DNA of 33,549 nt from assembly GCA_030700125.1 (NCBI GenBank), contig JAUYKE010000003.1, forward strand, positions 1 through 33,549, in the 5' to 3' direction. The notes under the pieces are model-generated. The model was given only the letters and a program-made list of their open reading frames with translations, did no database searches and was not told the origin of the DNA. Position numbers and translations under genes: made by a program. The DNA is from Candidatus Colwellbacteria bacterium (lineage in GTDB: Bacteria; Patescibacteriota; Minisyncoccia; UBA6257; Colwellbacteraceae). Of the stretch, positions 9,961 through 17,695 are shown one piece after another; the stretch's first letter is position 1, and every line of letters starts with the position of its first letter.

Positions 9961-10380
9961 ATGGAAGGAAAATCATATGAAATCGGATATCTCGTAAAAG
10001 ACGAAGAAGGAACTAGCGCCCTAGTTAGCCATCTTAAACGATACGAGGCCGAAATTTTATTTGAAGGGGAAACAAAGGGCATCAAACTAGCTTATCTCGT
10101 CCAGCATCTACTTTCAGCTTACTTCGGCTACATTCATTTCAAAGTTGACCCCGGGGTAATAGGTGATCTGAATAATGCCCTAAAGCTTAACAGCCAAATT
10201 ATCCGGTTTCTTATCGTCACTCCGCCATTTACCAAGGAAAGGAGCCAAAGATTGGGCACCGAATCCGTGAGGCCCGAGAAGAGAGCGATTAAACCGAATG
10301 TTGAATTCAGCGAGAAACCGGAAGTGGCAGTTTCCAATGACTTGCTCGAAGAAAAGTTAGAAGAGATACTAAAGCAATAG
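9961..10380 (+). CDS. rpsF: 30S ribosomal protein S6
   Basis: YEIGYL...KLAY...AYFGYIHF...IIRFLI pattern and rpsF-ssb-rpsR synteny. Confidence 0.88.
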   Translation: MEGKSYEIGYLVKDEEGTSALVSHLKRYEAEILFEGETKGIKLAYLVQHLLSAYFGYIHFKVDPGVIGDLNNALKLNSQIIRFLIVTPPFTKERSQRLGTESVRPEKRAIKPNVEFSEKPEVAVSNDLLEEKLEEILKQ

Positions 10381-10405
10381 AATTTAGAAAATAGAATCTA
10401 GAAGT
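10378..10405 (+). repeat. Heptamer array (TAGAANN)x4
   Basis: TAGAATT TAGAAAA TAGAATC TAGAAGT, beginning at the rpsF stop codon. Confidence 0.8.
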
Positions 10406-10411
10406 AAAATT

Positions 10412-10852
10412 ATGAACTTAAACAAAGTACTTATAGCCGGAAGATTAACTGCTGACCCGGATTTGAGGACTACTCCTTCGGGCACCAATGTTGTTTCTTT
10501 TTCAGTCGCTACCAATCGAGTCTGGAGAGATAAAAACGGTGAGCGCAGAGAAGAGACGGAGTTTCACAATGTAGTTGCCTGGGGCAGACAAGCTGAAATT
10601 GTTAATCAGTTTTTAAAAAAGGGCAGTTTGATCTTGGTTGAAGGTCGTCTCCAGACCCGTTCTTGGGAAGGAAAAGACGGTCAAACTAGAAAAACGACGG
10701 AAATTGTAGCCGAACGGATTCAGCTAGGGCCTAAAACCGGATCTACCGCTCCGACAGCTAAAAGTGAAGGAGTGGATGAGGCGAAGAAAGAGGAAATGCC
10801 GGTAATCGATTTAGATTCCGAAAATATTAATCCGGAAGACCTACCGTTTTAG
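10412..10852 (+). CDS. ssb: Single-stranded DNA-binding protein
   Basis: NLNKVLIAGRLTADP, VEGRLQTRSW and the C-terminal EDLPF tip. Confidence 0.98.
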   Translation: MNLNKVLIAGRLTADPDLRTTPSGTNVVSFSVATNRVWRDKNGERREETEFHNVVAWGRQAEIVNQFLKKGSLILVEGRLQTRSWEGKDGQTRKTTEIVAERIQLGPKTGSTAPTAKSEGVDEAKKEEMPVIDLDSENINPEDLPF

Positions 10853-10853
10853 G

Positions 10854-11069
10854 ATGAGTGCTAAGAGAAAAAAGCAATGTTTTTTCTGTTCGCAGAATGT
10901 AGCGGATATTGATTACAAGGAAACCGATTTAATAAATCGATTCACTTCCAGTCAAGCCAAAATTATTGACCCGATTCACACCGGCACTTGCGCTAAGCAC
11001 CAGCGCCGGTTGGCAAGAGCCGTGAAGCGTGCCCGGTTTATGGGGCTTTTACCCTATGTTAGACGGTGA
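10854..11069 (+). CDS. rpsR: 30S ribosomal protein S18 (Zn-ligand-bearing form)
   Basis: CFFC...IDYK...TGTCAKHQRRLARAVKRAR..GLLPY. Confidence 0.97.
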   Translation: MSAKRKKQCFFCSQNVADIDYKETDLINRFTSSQAKIIDPIHTGTCAKHQRRLARAVKRARFMGLLPYVRR

Positions 11070-11623
11070 TGGATCAGCAGATTTTTTCCTGGCTCTATAA
11101 CTTAGCCGATAAAAACCAGCTCCTTGACTGGTTTTTAGTATTCCTAGCCGAATATCTCATTTTTATTTTAGCTATTGCTGCCGTAATCCTCATTTTGAAA
11201 GAGAAGAACTGGCGTCGCCGTGCCTATTTCGCCGCCTTGGTCACTATCTCCATCATCTTATCTCGCGGAATTTTTACGGAACTTATCCAGTTTTATTATC
11301 ACCATCCCCGCCCCTTTGTCGCCATGGACTTTGAACCGCTTATTTATCACGCCGCCACTAGTTCTTTCCCCTCCGGCCATATGGCCTTTTTCTCAGTTGT
11401 TTTAGCTGTTTGGTTAATTAATCGGCGAGCCGGAGTTTGGTTCTTTGTGGGCAGCATCCTAATCGGTCTAGGTCGGGTGGCAGTGGGCGTCCACTGGCCA
11501 AGCGATATTTTAGGAGGAATATTGGTCGGCGCCTTGAGTTTTTTTATTACTTACTATTTATTAAAACTAAAAGGTTTTACTTTAGATGGAAAACAAGCCA
11601 GTTATCAAAATCAAAAATCTTAA
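11069..11623 (+). CDS. PAP2-family phosphatase (BcrC-like undecaprenyl-PP phosphatase)
   Basis: RPF, SFPSGH and RVAVGVHWPSD motifs with TM helices. Confidence 0.9.
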   Translation: MDQQIFSWLYNLADKNQLLDWFLVFLAEYLIFILAIAAVILILKEKNWRRRAYFAALVTISIILSRGIFTELIQFYYHHPRPFVAMDFEPLIYHAATSSFPSGHMAFFSVVLAVWLINRRAGVWFFVGSILIGLGRVAVGVHWPSDILGGILVGALSFFITYYLLKLKGFTLDGKQASYQNQKS

Positions 11624-12326
11624 TAAGGTTTACGCTAACGGTTTTCAGGCGCTCCAAAACATTGATCTTAGCATTCATAAAGGTGAGATTTTTGGTCTTT
11701 TAGGGCCAAATGGTGCCGGCAAGACCACTCTCATTAATATTATCGCCGGCCTCACTCGAAAGACTTCAGGCGAGGTTTCGGTTTTAGGGCGGGATGTTGA
11801 GAAAGATTACCGCTTTACTCGTTCTAAGATTGGCCTTGTCCAGCAAGAACTCAATAACGACCCTTTCTTTAAAGTTCGGGAAATAGTTAGGCTGCAGGCC
11901 GGCTATTTCGGCGTTCCCAATCCTGACGATCAAGTGGAGGATATCTTGAAAAAGGTGAGTTTGTGGGAAAAGCGCAATCAAGGCGGACGAACCCTTTCCG
12001 GAGGCATGAAGCGGCGGGTGATGATCGCCAAGGCTTTAGTTCACAATCCGAAAATTATTTTTTTGGACGAGCCGACCGCCGGGGTGGATGTGGAGCTTCG
12101 CGCCAATCTCTGGAATCTGGTGAAATCTCTCCGCGACCAGGGTAAAACGATTATTCTCACCACTCATTATTTGGAAGAGGCCGAAGAATTAGCCGATCGG
12201 GTCGCCATCATTAACCATGGCCAGATTGTGCTCGTGGAGAGCAAAAAGGATTTGATAAAACACGGCAGTAAACTGCACGATATTTATCTTGAAGTTGTTC
12301 AAGAAAAGGTGGTAGTAGAAGGATGA
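11586..12326 (+). CDS. ABC-2 type transporter ATP-binding protein (YadG-like)
   Basis: Walker A GPNGAGKTT, signature LSGGMKRR, Walker B FLDEPT. Confidence 0.93.
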   Translation: MENKPVIKIKNLNKVYANGFQALQNIDLSIHKGEIFGLLGPNGAGKTTLINIIAGLTRKTSGEVSVLGRDVEKDYRFTRSKIGLVQQELNNDPFFKVREIVRLQAGYFGVPNPDDQVEDILKKVSLWEKRNQGGRTLSGGMKRRVMIAKALVHNPKIIFLDEPTAGVDVELRANLWNLVKSLRDQGKTIILTTHYLEEAEELADRVAIINHGQIVLVESKKDLIKHGSKLHDIYLEVVQEKVVVEG

Positions 12327-12457
12327 ACCGGGCAGTGAAAATTCGATCGCTTCGCGGCAAGATACATCATGGTGAAAAAACAATCCTGGAAATACTATAA
12401 AGTGCGCAGAAAGGCCGATTCTTATTTAAATAATCGAACTTCTACTGCCCGGTGAAC
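12324..12457. mobile_element. 129-bp MITE-like insertion with terminal inverted repeats and TGAAC direct repeats
   Basis: ACCGGGCAGT (12327) pairs with ACTGCCCGGT (ends 12453), plus TTCGAT/ATCGAA. TGAAC occurs at 12324 and 12453. Removing one unit restores ATG AAC ACC ATC overlapping the ATPase stop. Confidence 0.6.
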
Positions 12458-13213
12458 ACCATCGGTTTAATTACTCTTACCAGAAAGGAGTTAATGCGTT
12501 TTCTCCGCGTCCCTTTCCAGACTCTAGGATCGCCCATCGTTACCACTCTTCTTTATTTCACTGTTTTTGGTCTTTCCGTTGGTCGATTTGTGGGCGAGAT
12601 TGATGGTCTTCCTTACATTCAATTTATTATGCCGGGGCTTGTAATGATGAATTTGATTACCACCGCTTTCGGCGGCATTTCCTCCGGCTTTATGATGGCA
12701 AAGCTTATGAACACCCTTTCAGATATCTTAGTAACGCCCCTATCTCATTTAGAAATTATTCTCGGCTTCACCCTTTCCTCGGTTATAAGAAGCGTTCTCA
12801 CGGCACTTCTTATTTACGCGACTGCCCTCTTTTTCCTGCCTTTTGAGATTCAACATCCCTTTTACCTTCTTACAATTACCATTTTAGTAGCTTTCGTCTT
12901 TTCCTTACTTGGTCTTATCGTCGGTATTTGGGCAGAAAACTTTGAACAAGTAAGCTTCATCCCGACTTTCCTTTTAATGCCATTAAGTTTCCTAGGAGGT
13001 ATTTTTTATTCAATCAAAATGCTGCCGCCCCTATTCCAGCAGATCTCTCATTTCAATCCCTTGCTTTATATGATTAGCGGTATGCGTTACGGCTTCTATG
13101 GCGTAAGCGACGTGAACCCTTGGGCCGCTTTGGGCTTCCTTGCTCTTCTTACAGCCGCCCTAACAATCTTCACCGTCTATCTTTTCTCGATTGGCTATAA
13201 GATTAGAACGTAG
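12452..13213 (+). CDS. ABC-2 type transporter permease (YadH-like), GTG start
   Basis: KELMRFLR, YIQFIMPGLVMM, FLGGIFYSI and NPLLYMISGMRYGF motifs; multi-TM. Confidence 0.92.
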   Translation: MNTIGLITLTRKELMRFLRVPFQTLGSPIVTTLLYFTVFGLSVGRFVGEIDGLPYIQFIMPGLVMMNLITTAFGGISSGFMMAKLMNTLSDILVTPLSHLEIILGFTLSSVIRSVLTALLIYATALFFLPFEIQHPFYLLTITILVAFVFSLLGLIVGIWAENFEQVSFIPTFLLMPLSFLGGIFYSIKMLPPLFQQISHFNPLLYMISGMRYGFYGVSDVNPWAALGFLALLTAALTIFTVYLFSIGYKIRT

Positions 13214-13297
13214 TGCCCAGGGAGAGACTCGAACTCTCACATCCTTGCGGATACAGGATTTTGAGTCCTGCGCGTCTACCAGTTCCGCCACCTGGGC
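13214..13297 (-). tRNA. tRNA-Leu(CAA)
   Basis: Minus strand GCCCAGG...CCTGGGC acceptor stem, CAGGA-CTCAAAA-TCCTG anticodon arm, long variable arm, GTTCGAG T-loop; no encoded CCA. Confidence 0.96.
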
Positions 13298-13344
13298 TTC
13301 CGTTGAGTTTAGATAAATCCAAGTGTATTGTGAAGAGGAACCAA

Positions 13345-14148
13345 ATGGCTCGGGTAATTGCAGTTTGCAACCAGAAAGGGGGAGTGGGAAAGACTACCAC
13401 CAGTGTTAATCTGTCAGCTTATTTAGCTGCCCTTGGTCGGCGCGCGCTTCTTATTGATTTTGACCCCCAAGCTAATGCCACTTCAGCCCTTACTTACGAG
13501 CGAAATTTCCCCAAAAATATTTACCACGGTATTTTAAACCATTCTCATTACGAGGAGCTGGTTAGGCCAAGCGCCATTCTAAATTATCACTTTATTCCCT
13601 CCTCGCCCGATCTCTCCGGAGCCATTATTGAGTTGGTTAACCTGCCGGAGCGCGAATATTACTTGCGTAAATTTATTAACGAACTCCGACATCATTATGA
13701 TTATATTCTTATCGATTTGCCCCCCTCGCTTAGTCTCCTTACTGTAAACGGCTTAGTGGCTGCCGACGAAGTTTTAATTCCGGTTCAGGCCGAATATTAT
13801 GGCCTCGAAGGATTGGGCCAACTTCTCCAGACCATTCACCTCATTCGCGAGAATCTTAGACACCCATTATCCATTACCGGCGCCGTCATCACGCTTTATG
13901 ACAAGAGGGAGCGTCTCTCTCGTGATGTTAATAAAAATCTTCGGCGCCACTTTCCGCACCGAGTATTTAAAGTCGAGGTTCCCCGTTCAGTGGCTTTGGC
14001 TGAAGCCCCCAGCTATAGCAGGCCAATTATTCTTTATCAACCGTACTCTCCAGGCGCCTTGGCCTACCGTCGTTTGGCGCAAGAGTTGATTGAGCTCGAA
14101 TCTCAATATCAGATTCCAACTAGAGAGTTGGGCAATTTCAATGCCTAA
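13345..14148 (+). CDS. parA: Chromosome partition ATPase ParA/Soj
   Basis: NQKGGVGKTT, DFDPQANAT, DLPPSL and PRSVALAEAPS motifs. ATG 13345 follows a GAGGA SD; the ORF-track start lies inside the tRNA. Confidence 0.95.
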   Translation: MARVIAVCNQKGGVGKTTTSVNLSAYLAALGRRALLIDFDPQANATSALTYERNFPKNIYHGILNHSHYEELVRPSAILNYHFIPSSPDLSGAIIELVNLPEREYYLRKFINELRHHYDYILIDLPPSLSLLTVNGLVAADEVLIPVQAEYYGLEGLGQLLQTIHLIRENLRHPLSITGAVITLYDKRERLSRDVNKNLRRHFPHRVFKVEVPRSVALAEAPSYSRPIILYQPYSPGALAYRRLAQELIELESQYQIPTRELGNFNA

Positions 14149-14698
14149 AATCAAATCGCTGCCGCTTACATATTTTGGCAATCCGATACTAAGAAGGAAA
14201 GCCAGGAAAGTTAAAATTAGTGAAATAAAAAAAGCCGGTTTTCAGAGGCTTATCAAACAAATGGTCCTCACTACAAGGAAGGAATCTGGAGTAGGCTTGG
14301 CTGCTCCGCAGATTGGGAGATCCATTCAGCTTGCAGTCATTGAAATCAAGAAAACTAAAATCAGGCCCCAAATCACACCTTTAAAATTAACCGTCATTAT
14401 AAATCCCCAGATAATTCATTATTCAAGAGTAAGAATTCATGATTGGGAGGGGTGCTTAAGTTTTCCCGCAGTGAGAGGACTGGTACCAAGAAACAAATTA
14501 ATAAAAGTAAAATATCTAAACGAGCTAGGAAAGAAGCAAACTTTAGATCTAAAAGATTTTCAAGCGAGAGTTTTTCAGCACGAAATAGATCATCTAAACG
14601 GAATATTATTTATAGATAGAGTGAAAGATGTGAGAACACTTATGACACTGGGGGAATTTGAGCAACGCATTCTAAGGAAGGGTTTAAAAAGTAAGTAG
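14141..14698 (+). CDS. def: Peptide deformylase
   Basis: GVGLAAPQIG, EGCLS and QHEIDH motifs. Confidence 0.96.
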   Translation: MPKIKSLPLTYFGNPILRRKARKVKISEIKKAGFQRLIKQMVLTTRKESGVGLAAPQIGRSIQLAVIEIKKTKIRPQITPLKLTVIINPQIIHYSRVRIHDWEGCLSFPAVRGLVPRNKLIKVKYLNELGKKQTLDLKDFQARVFQHEIDHLNGILFIDRVKDVRTLMTLGEFEQRILRKGLKSK

Positions 14699-14724
14699 TA
14701 AGAATTTGTAGTAGAATTGAGATA

Positions 14725-15900
14725 ATGACTTTAGGCAGAGGACTAGAATCTCTTATACCACCCCGTGAACCCTTCGACCCTTCAACAAGTTCAGGGTCGC
14801 CCCGAGCAGAGTCGAGGGGCGACAAAGTTCAGGGTGAACCCACCAACGAACCCAAAAACGATTTGGGAAATAATCCTTTATCGGAGAACCAGAGCCAAAT
14901 AGGGGGTGAAGAAATTCAACCGTTGGGAGCAGATACTTCCCGTACGGAACATCCCGCAGGTTCACTGGGCTTGGTTCCCGACCGTAACGTCGGGACCAGT
15001 GAACCGAGGGAGAAGAAAATTTTGCCGCTGGAGCAAAATTATTCTGGTTCCGATAGGGGAGTATCTGCTCCCGAAGAAGCCGCTAAGGGAATTATCTTCC
15101 AAATTGAAACAGACAAAATTAAGCCCAACCCTCACCAACCCCGCCGTGATTTTGACGCGCAAGGATTGCAAGAGCTAGCCAATTCCATTAGAGAATTCGG
15201 CGTCATTCAGCCATTAATAGTCACTAAAAGTGAGAAAGAATCAGAGCGTGGCTGGGACGTAGAGTATGAACTTGTAGCCGGAGAAAGGCGACTAATGGCT
15301 TCTAAAATAGTCGGTCTCCGGAGTGTGCCGGCAATTATAAGGCAGGTTCCGCGAGATTATGAAAAGTTGGAACTTGCCGTTACAGAAAACGTCCAGCGAG
15401 CTAACCTAAACCCGATTGAGTTCGCAAGAGCCGTGGCCCGACTTCAGGAGGAATTTAAATTAACCCAAAGAGAAATCGCCACTCGTCTCGGTAAAAGCCG
15501 CGAAACAGTGGCTAATAGCGTCCGCTTGCTGAGCTTGCCATCGGAGATGCAAGAGGCAGTAGCCAAAGGAACTGTAAGCGAGAGCCAGGCCCGACTTCTG
15601 CTCTCGGTAGATGACGTTGCCCAAAGAGAAAAACTTTTCCAAGAAGTTCTCGTCGGCAGTCTCACCGTAAGAGAAATTAGTTCAAGGGTAAGACAATGGA
15701 AAGGCAGACCAGCCAGGGAGAATGCCAATATTGACCCTGAACTTCTAGCCCTGAAAGAACAGCTGGAAACAGCGCTAGGGGCTCCAGTGGAGCTTAAGCG
15801 TGATGGCGAAGGAGGAAAACTGACAATTAACTTCTATTCCAAAGAAGAGCTTGAAGGAATTCTAGCCAAATTTAAACAAAACGAGAGTCAATTTCTTTAA
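14725..15900 (+). CDS. parB: ParB/Spo0J with an N-terminal linker expanded by inserted repeats
   Basis: LGRGLESLIP, PNPHQPRR, VAGERR, ENVQRANLNPIE and an HTH region. Confidence 0.96.
   Translation: MTLGRGLESLIPPREPFDPSTSSGSPRAESRGDKVQGEPTNEPKNDLGNNPLSENQSQIGGEEIQPLGADTSRTEHPAGSLGLVPDRNVGTSEPREKKILPLEQNYSGSDRGVSAPEEAAKGIIFQIETDKIKPNPHQPRRDFDAQGLQELANSIREFGVIQPLIVTKSEKESERGWDVEYELVAGERRLMASKIVGLRSVPAIIRQVPRDYEKLELAVTENVQRANLNPIEFARAVARLQEEFKLTQREIATRLGKSRETVANSVRLLSLPSEMQEAVAKGTVSESQARLLLSVDDVAQREKLFQEVLVGSLTVREISSRVRQWKGRPARENANIDPELLALKEQLETALGAPVELKRDGEGGKLTINFYSKEELEGILAKFKQNESQFL
14765..14841 (+). repeat. Nested in-frame palindromic (REP-like) insertions in parB
   Basis: GTGAACCC direct repeats 69 nt apart enclose CCCTTCGAC..AAAGTTCAGGG, which is itself interrupted by a 45-nt double hairpin flanked by CGAC. 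Confidence 0.75.
14925..15072 (+). other. Copy 1 of a ~150-nt structured element, in-frame inside parB
   Basis: 17-bp closing stem GGGAGCAGATACTTCCC/GGGGAGTATCTGCTCCC; inner stems and loops are homologous to 28154-28302. Confidence 0.8.
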
Positions 15901-17575
15901 TCTCTTTTAGCTCTTTAAGTTTAAGGATAATCTTTAAAATTTTATCTTTATCGCTTGTGTCGCATCTTATCTTGATTAGGTAAAAGTGCCCTCTTCGCCG
16001 CGAGGCGGTGGAATCCATGCTTATAATATTAACGTGAGAACGGGAAAGTATACCCGAGATCTTTTTCATTAAGCCAAATTGATGAGCGGCTGTAATTTTT
16101 AACTCCGTTTGCTTTTTGCGCTTTTCGGATAAGATTCTGCCTTGCAGACCGGATTTTCTTAAAGCTTCTCTAATATGGCCTTTCGCGGTTGCGGTTTTTA
16201 CAAATTCGAGCCAGGAAGAAGATGGTTTTTTGTTTTTCTGGGTAATAATTTCCACGATGTCGCTTGAGTGAAGCTCATAATCCAAAGGAACAATCTTGCC
16301 GTTCACCTTTGCCCCAATGCACTCGTTGCCAATGTCGCTATGAATATGATAAGCAAAATCAACCGGCGTCGCTTCTTGAGGTAAATCGATTACCTCGCCT
16401 TTTGGGGTAATGGCGAAAATCCTGTCCTTCAAAAAATCAATTTTTAGCGAGTCAATAAACTCTTTGGGGTCAGTGAACTGTTTTTGCCAGGCGCGAAGCT
16501 GTTCCACCCAGGCAATTTCCTTATTAGTGGCAAGGGTTGCGAGCCGTCTCGAATAATTTTTTGTTCCCTTGGTTTCAACATAAGCCCAGTGAGCGGCAAT
16601 CCCGTTTTCCACCTCTTGGTGGATTTGTTCGGTTCTGATCTGAAACTCAACAAATTCCCCTTCGGTGCAAATTATTGTGGTGTGAATACTGCGATAACCG
16701 TTGGGTTTCGGCATCGCGATGTAATCCTTAATCCGCCCCGGAACCGGCGGCCAGAGATTGTGAATCACCCCCAGTGCCGCATAGCAATCCTCAATTGTTT
16801 TGACGATAATTCGAAAGGCAACCAGGTCGTGAATTTTATCAATATCCATCTCGTAGCGGAGTAATTTTTTATAGAGACTGGTATAACGTTTGGCTCGAAA
16901 ATCAAGCGCTACAGGCTCAATCCCATTTTCCTTGAGAGCTTTTAGGACCAGCGGCCGGATTTTCATTAAGAAGGCCTCTCGTTTTTCATAACGTCCCTTA
17001 ATGTTTGCAAGAAGCCAGCGATACTCTGTCGGATAAACGTAGGGAAAAGATAAGTCTTCCAATTGACCGCTTAGCTTTTGCATCCCCAACCGGTAGGCAA
17101 GGGGAGCGTAGATTTCCATTGTCTCTAAAGCAATTCTTTTTTGTTTCGTCGGCGGAAGGGCGTTTAATGTCCGCATGTTATGGAGTCGATCAGCCAGTTT
17201 AATCAGGATTACCCGAATGTCCTCCGCCATCGCGAGGATTAGTTTTCTTAGATTCTCAACCTGGGTCTCTACTCCGCGATATTTTACCGTTCCCAATTTT
17301 GTCACCCCCTCCACTAGGCGTTTGATATCTGGACCAAATTCCTGCTCAACGTCTTCGGCGGTGTAGTCCGTATTTTCAATAACGTCATGCAAAAGCCCCG
17401 CCGCGATGGTCGTCTCGTCAAGCTTCCATCTAGCCAACTCCTCGGCTGTCTTCAAACAATGATTAAAATAGGGCTCGCCGCTTTTCCGTTTCTGTCCCGC
17501 ATGCGCTTTTTCGGCAAAAGCATAAGCTCTCTGGACCAAGTCGCTTTTCGACGTGAGAAGTGTAGCCGTCTTCAT
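15872..17575 (-). CDS. rel: Long RelA/SpoT homologue (HD-SYNTH-TGS-ACT)
   Basis: QKRKSGEPY, IKLADRLHNMRTL, RIKDYIAMPKPNGYRSIHT, EFQIRT, TGS motif TPVDFAY and an ACT-like C-terminus; overlaps the parB 3' end convergently. Confidence 0.95.
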   Translation of the reverse strand: MKTATLLTSKSDLVQRAYAFAEKAHAGQKRKSGEPYFNHCLKTAEELARWKLDETTIAAGLLHDVIENTDYTAEDVEQEFGPDIKRLVEGVTKLGTVKYRGVETQVENLRKLILAMAEDIRVILIKLADRLHNMRTLNALPPTKQKRIALETMEIYAPLAYRLGMQKLSGQLEDLSFPYVYPTEYRWLLANIKGRYEKREAFLMKIRPLVLKALKENGIEPVALDFRAKRYTSLYKKLLRYEMDIDKIHDLVAFRIIVKTIEDCYAALGVIHNLWPPVPGRIKDYIAMPKPNGYRSIHTTIICTEGEFVEFQIRTEQIHQEVENGIAAHWAYVETKGTKNYSRRLATLATNKEIAWVEQLRAWQKQFTDPKEFIDSLKIDFLKDRIFAITPKGEVIDLPQEATPVDFAYHIHSDIGNECIGAKVNGKIVPLDYELHSSDIVEIITQKNKKPSSSWLEFVKTATAKGHIREALRKSGLQGRILSEKRKKQTELKITAAHQFGLMKKISGILSRSHVNIISMDSTASRRRGHFYLIKIRCDTSDKDKILKIILKLKELKEIKEIDSRFV

Positions 17576-17580
17576 AAATC

Positions 17581-17663
17581 CTAGAATCTAGTAAGTAGTA
17601 AATAGAAAATAGAAGAAACCGTCAAATCCTTCTAGATTCTACTTCCTACTTTCTATTTTCTAG
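17581..17663. repeat. Two inverted TAGNANN heptamer arrays forming an imperfect long hairpin
   Basis: Five units on + (17582-17616) and five units on - (about 17628-17662). Confidence 0.75.
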
Positions 17664-17695
17664 TTTGTGAGGATTATGATTAGGGCCCTAGCCCG

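Noticed and set aside
17544-17560. Possible parS site near parAB (TTTTCGACGTGAGAA)
   Set aside because: It is too far from the TGTTTCACGTGAAACA consensus and is not palindromic.
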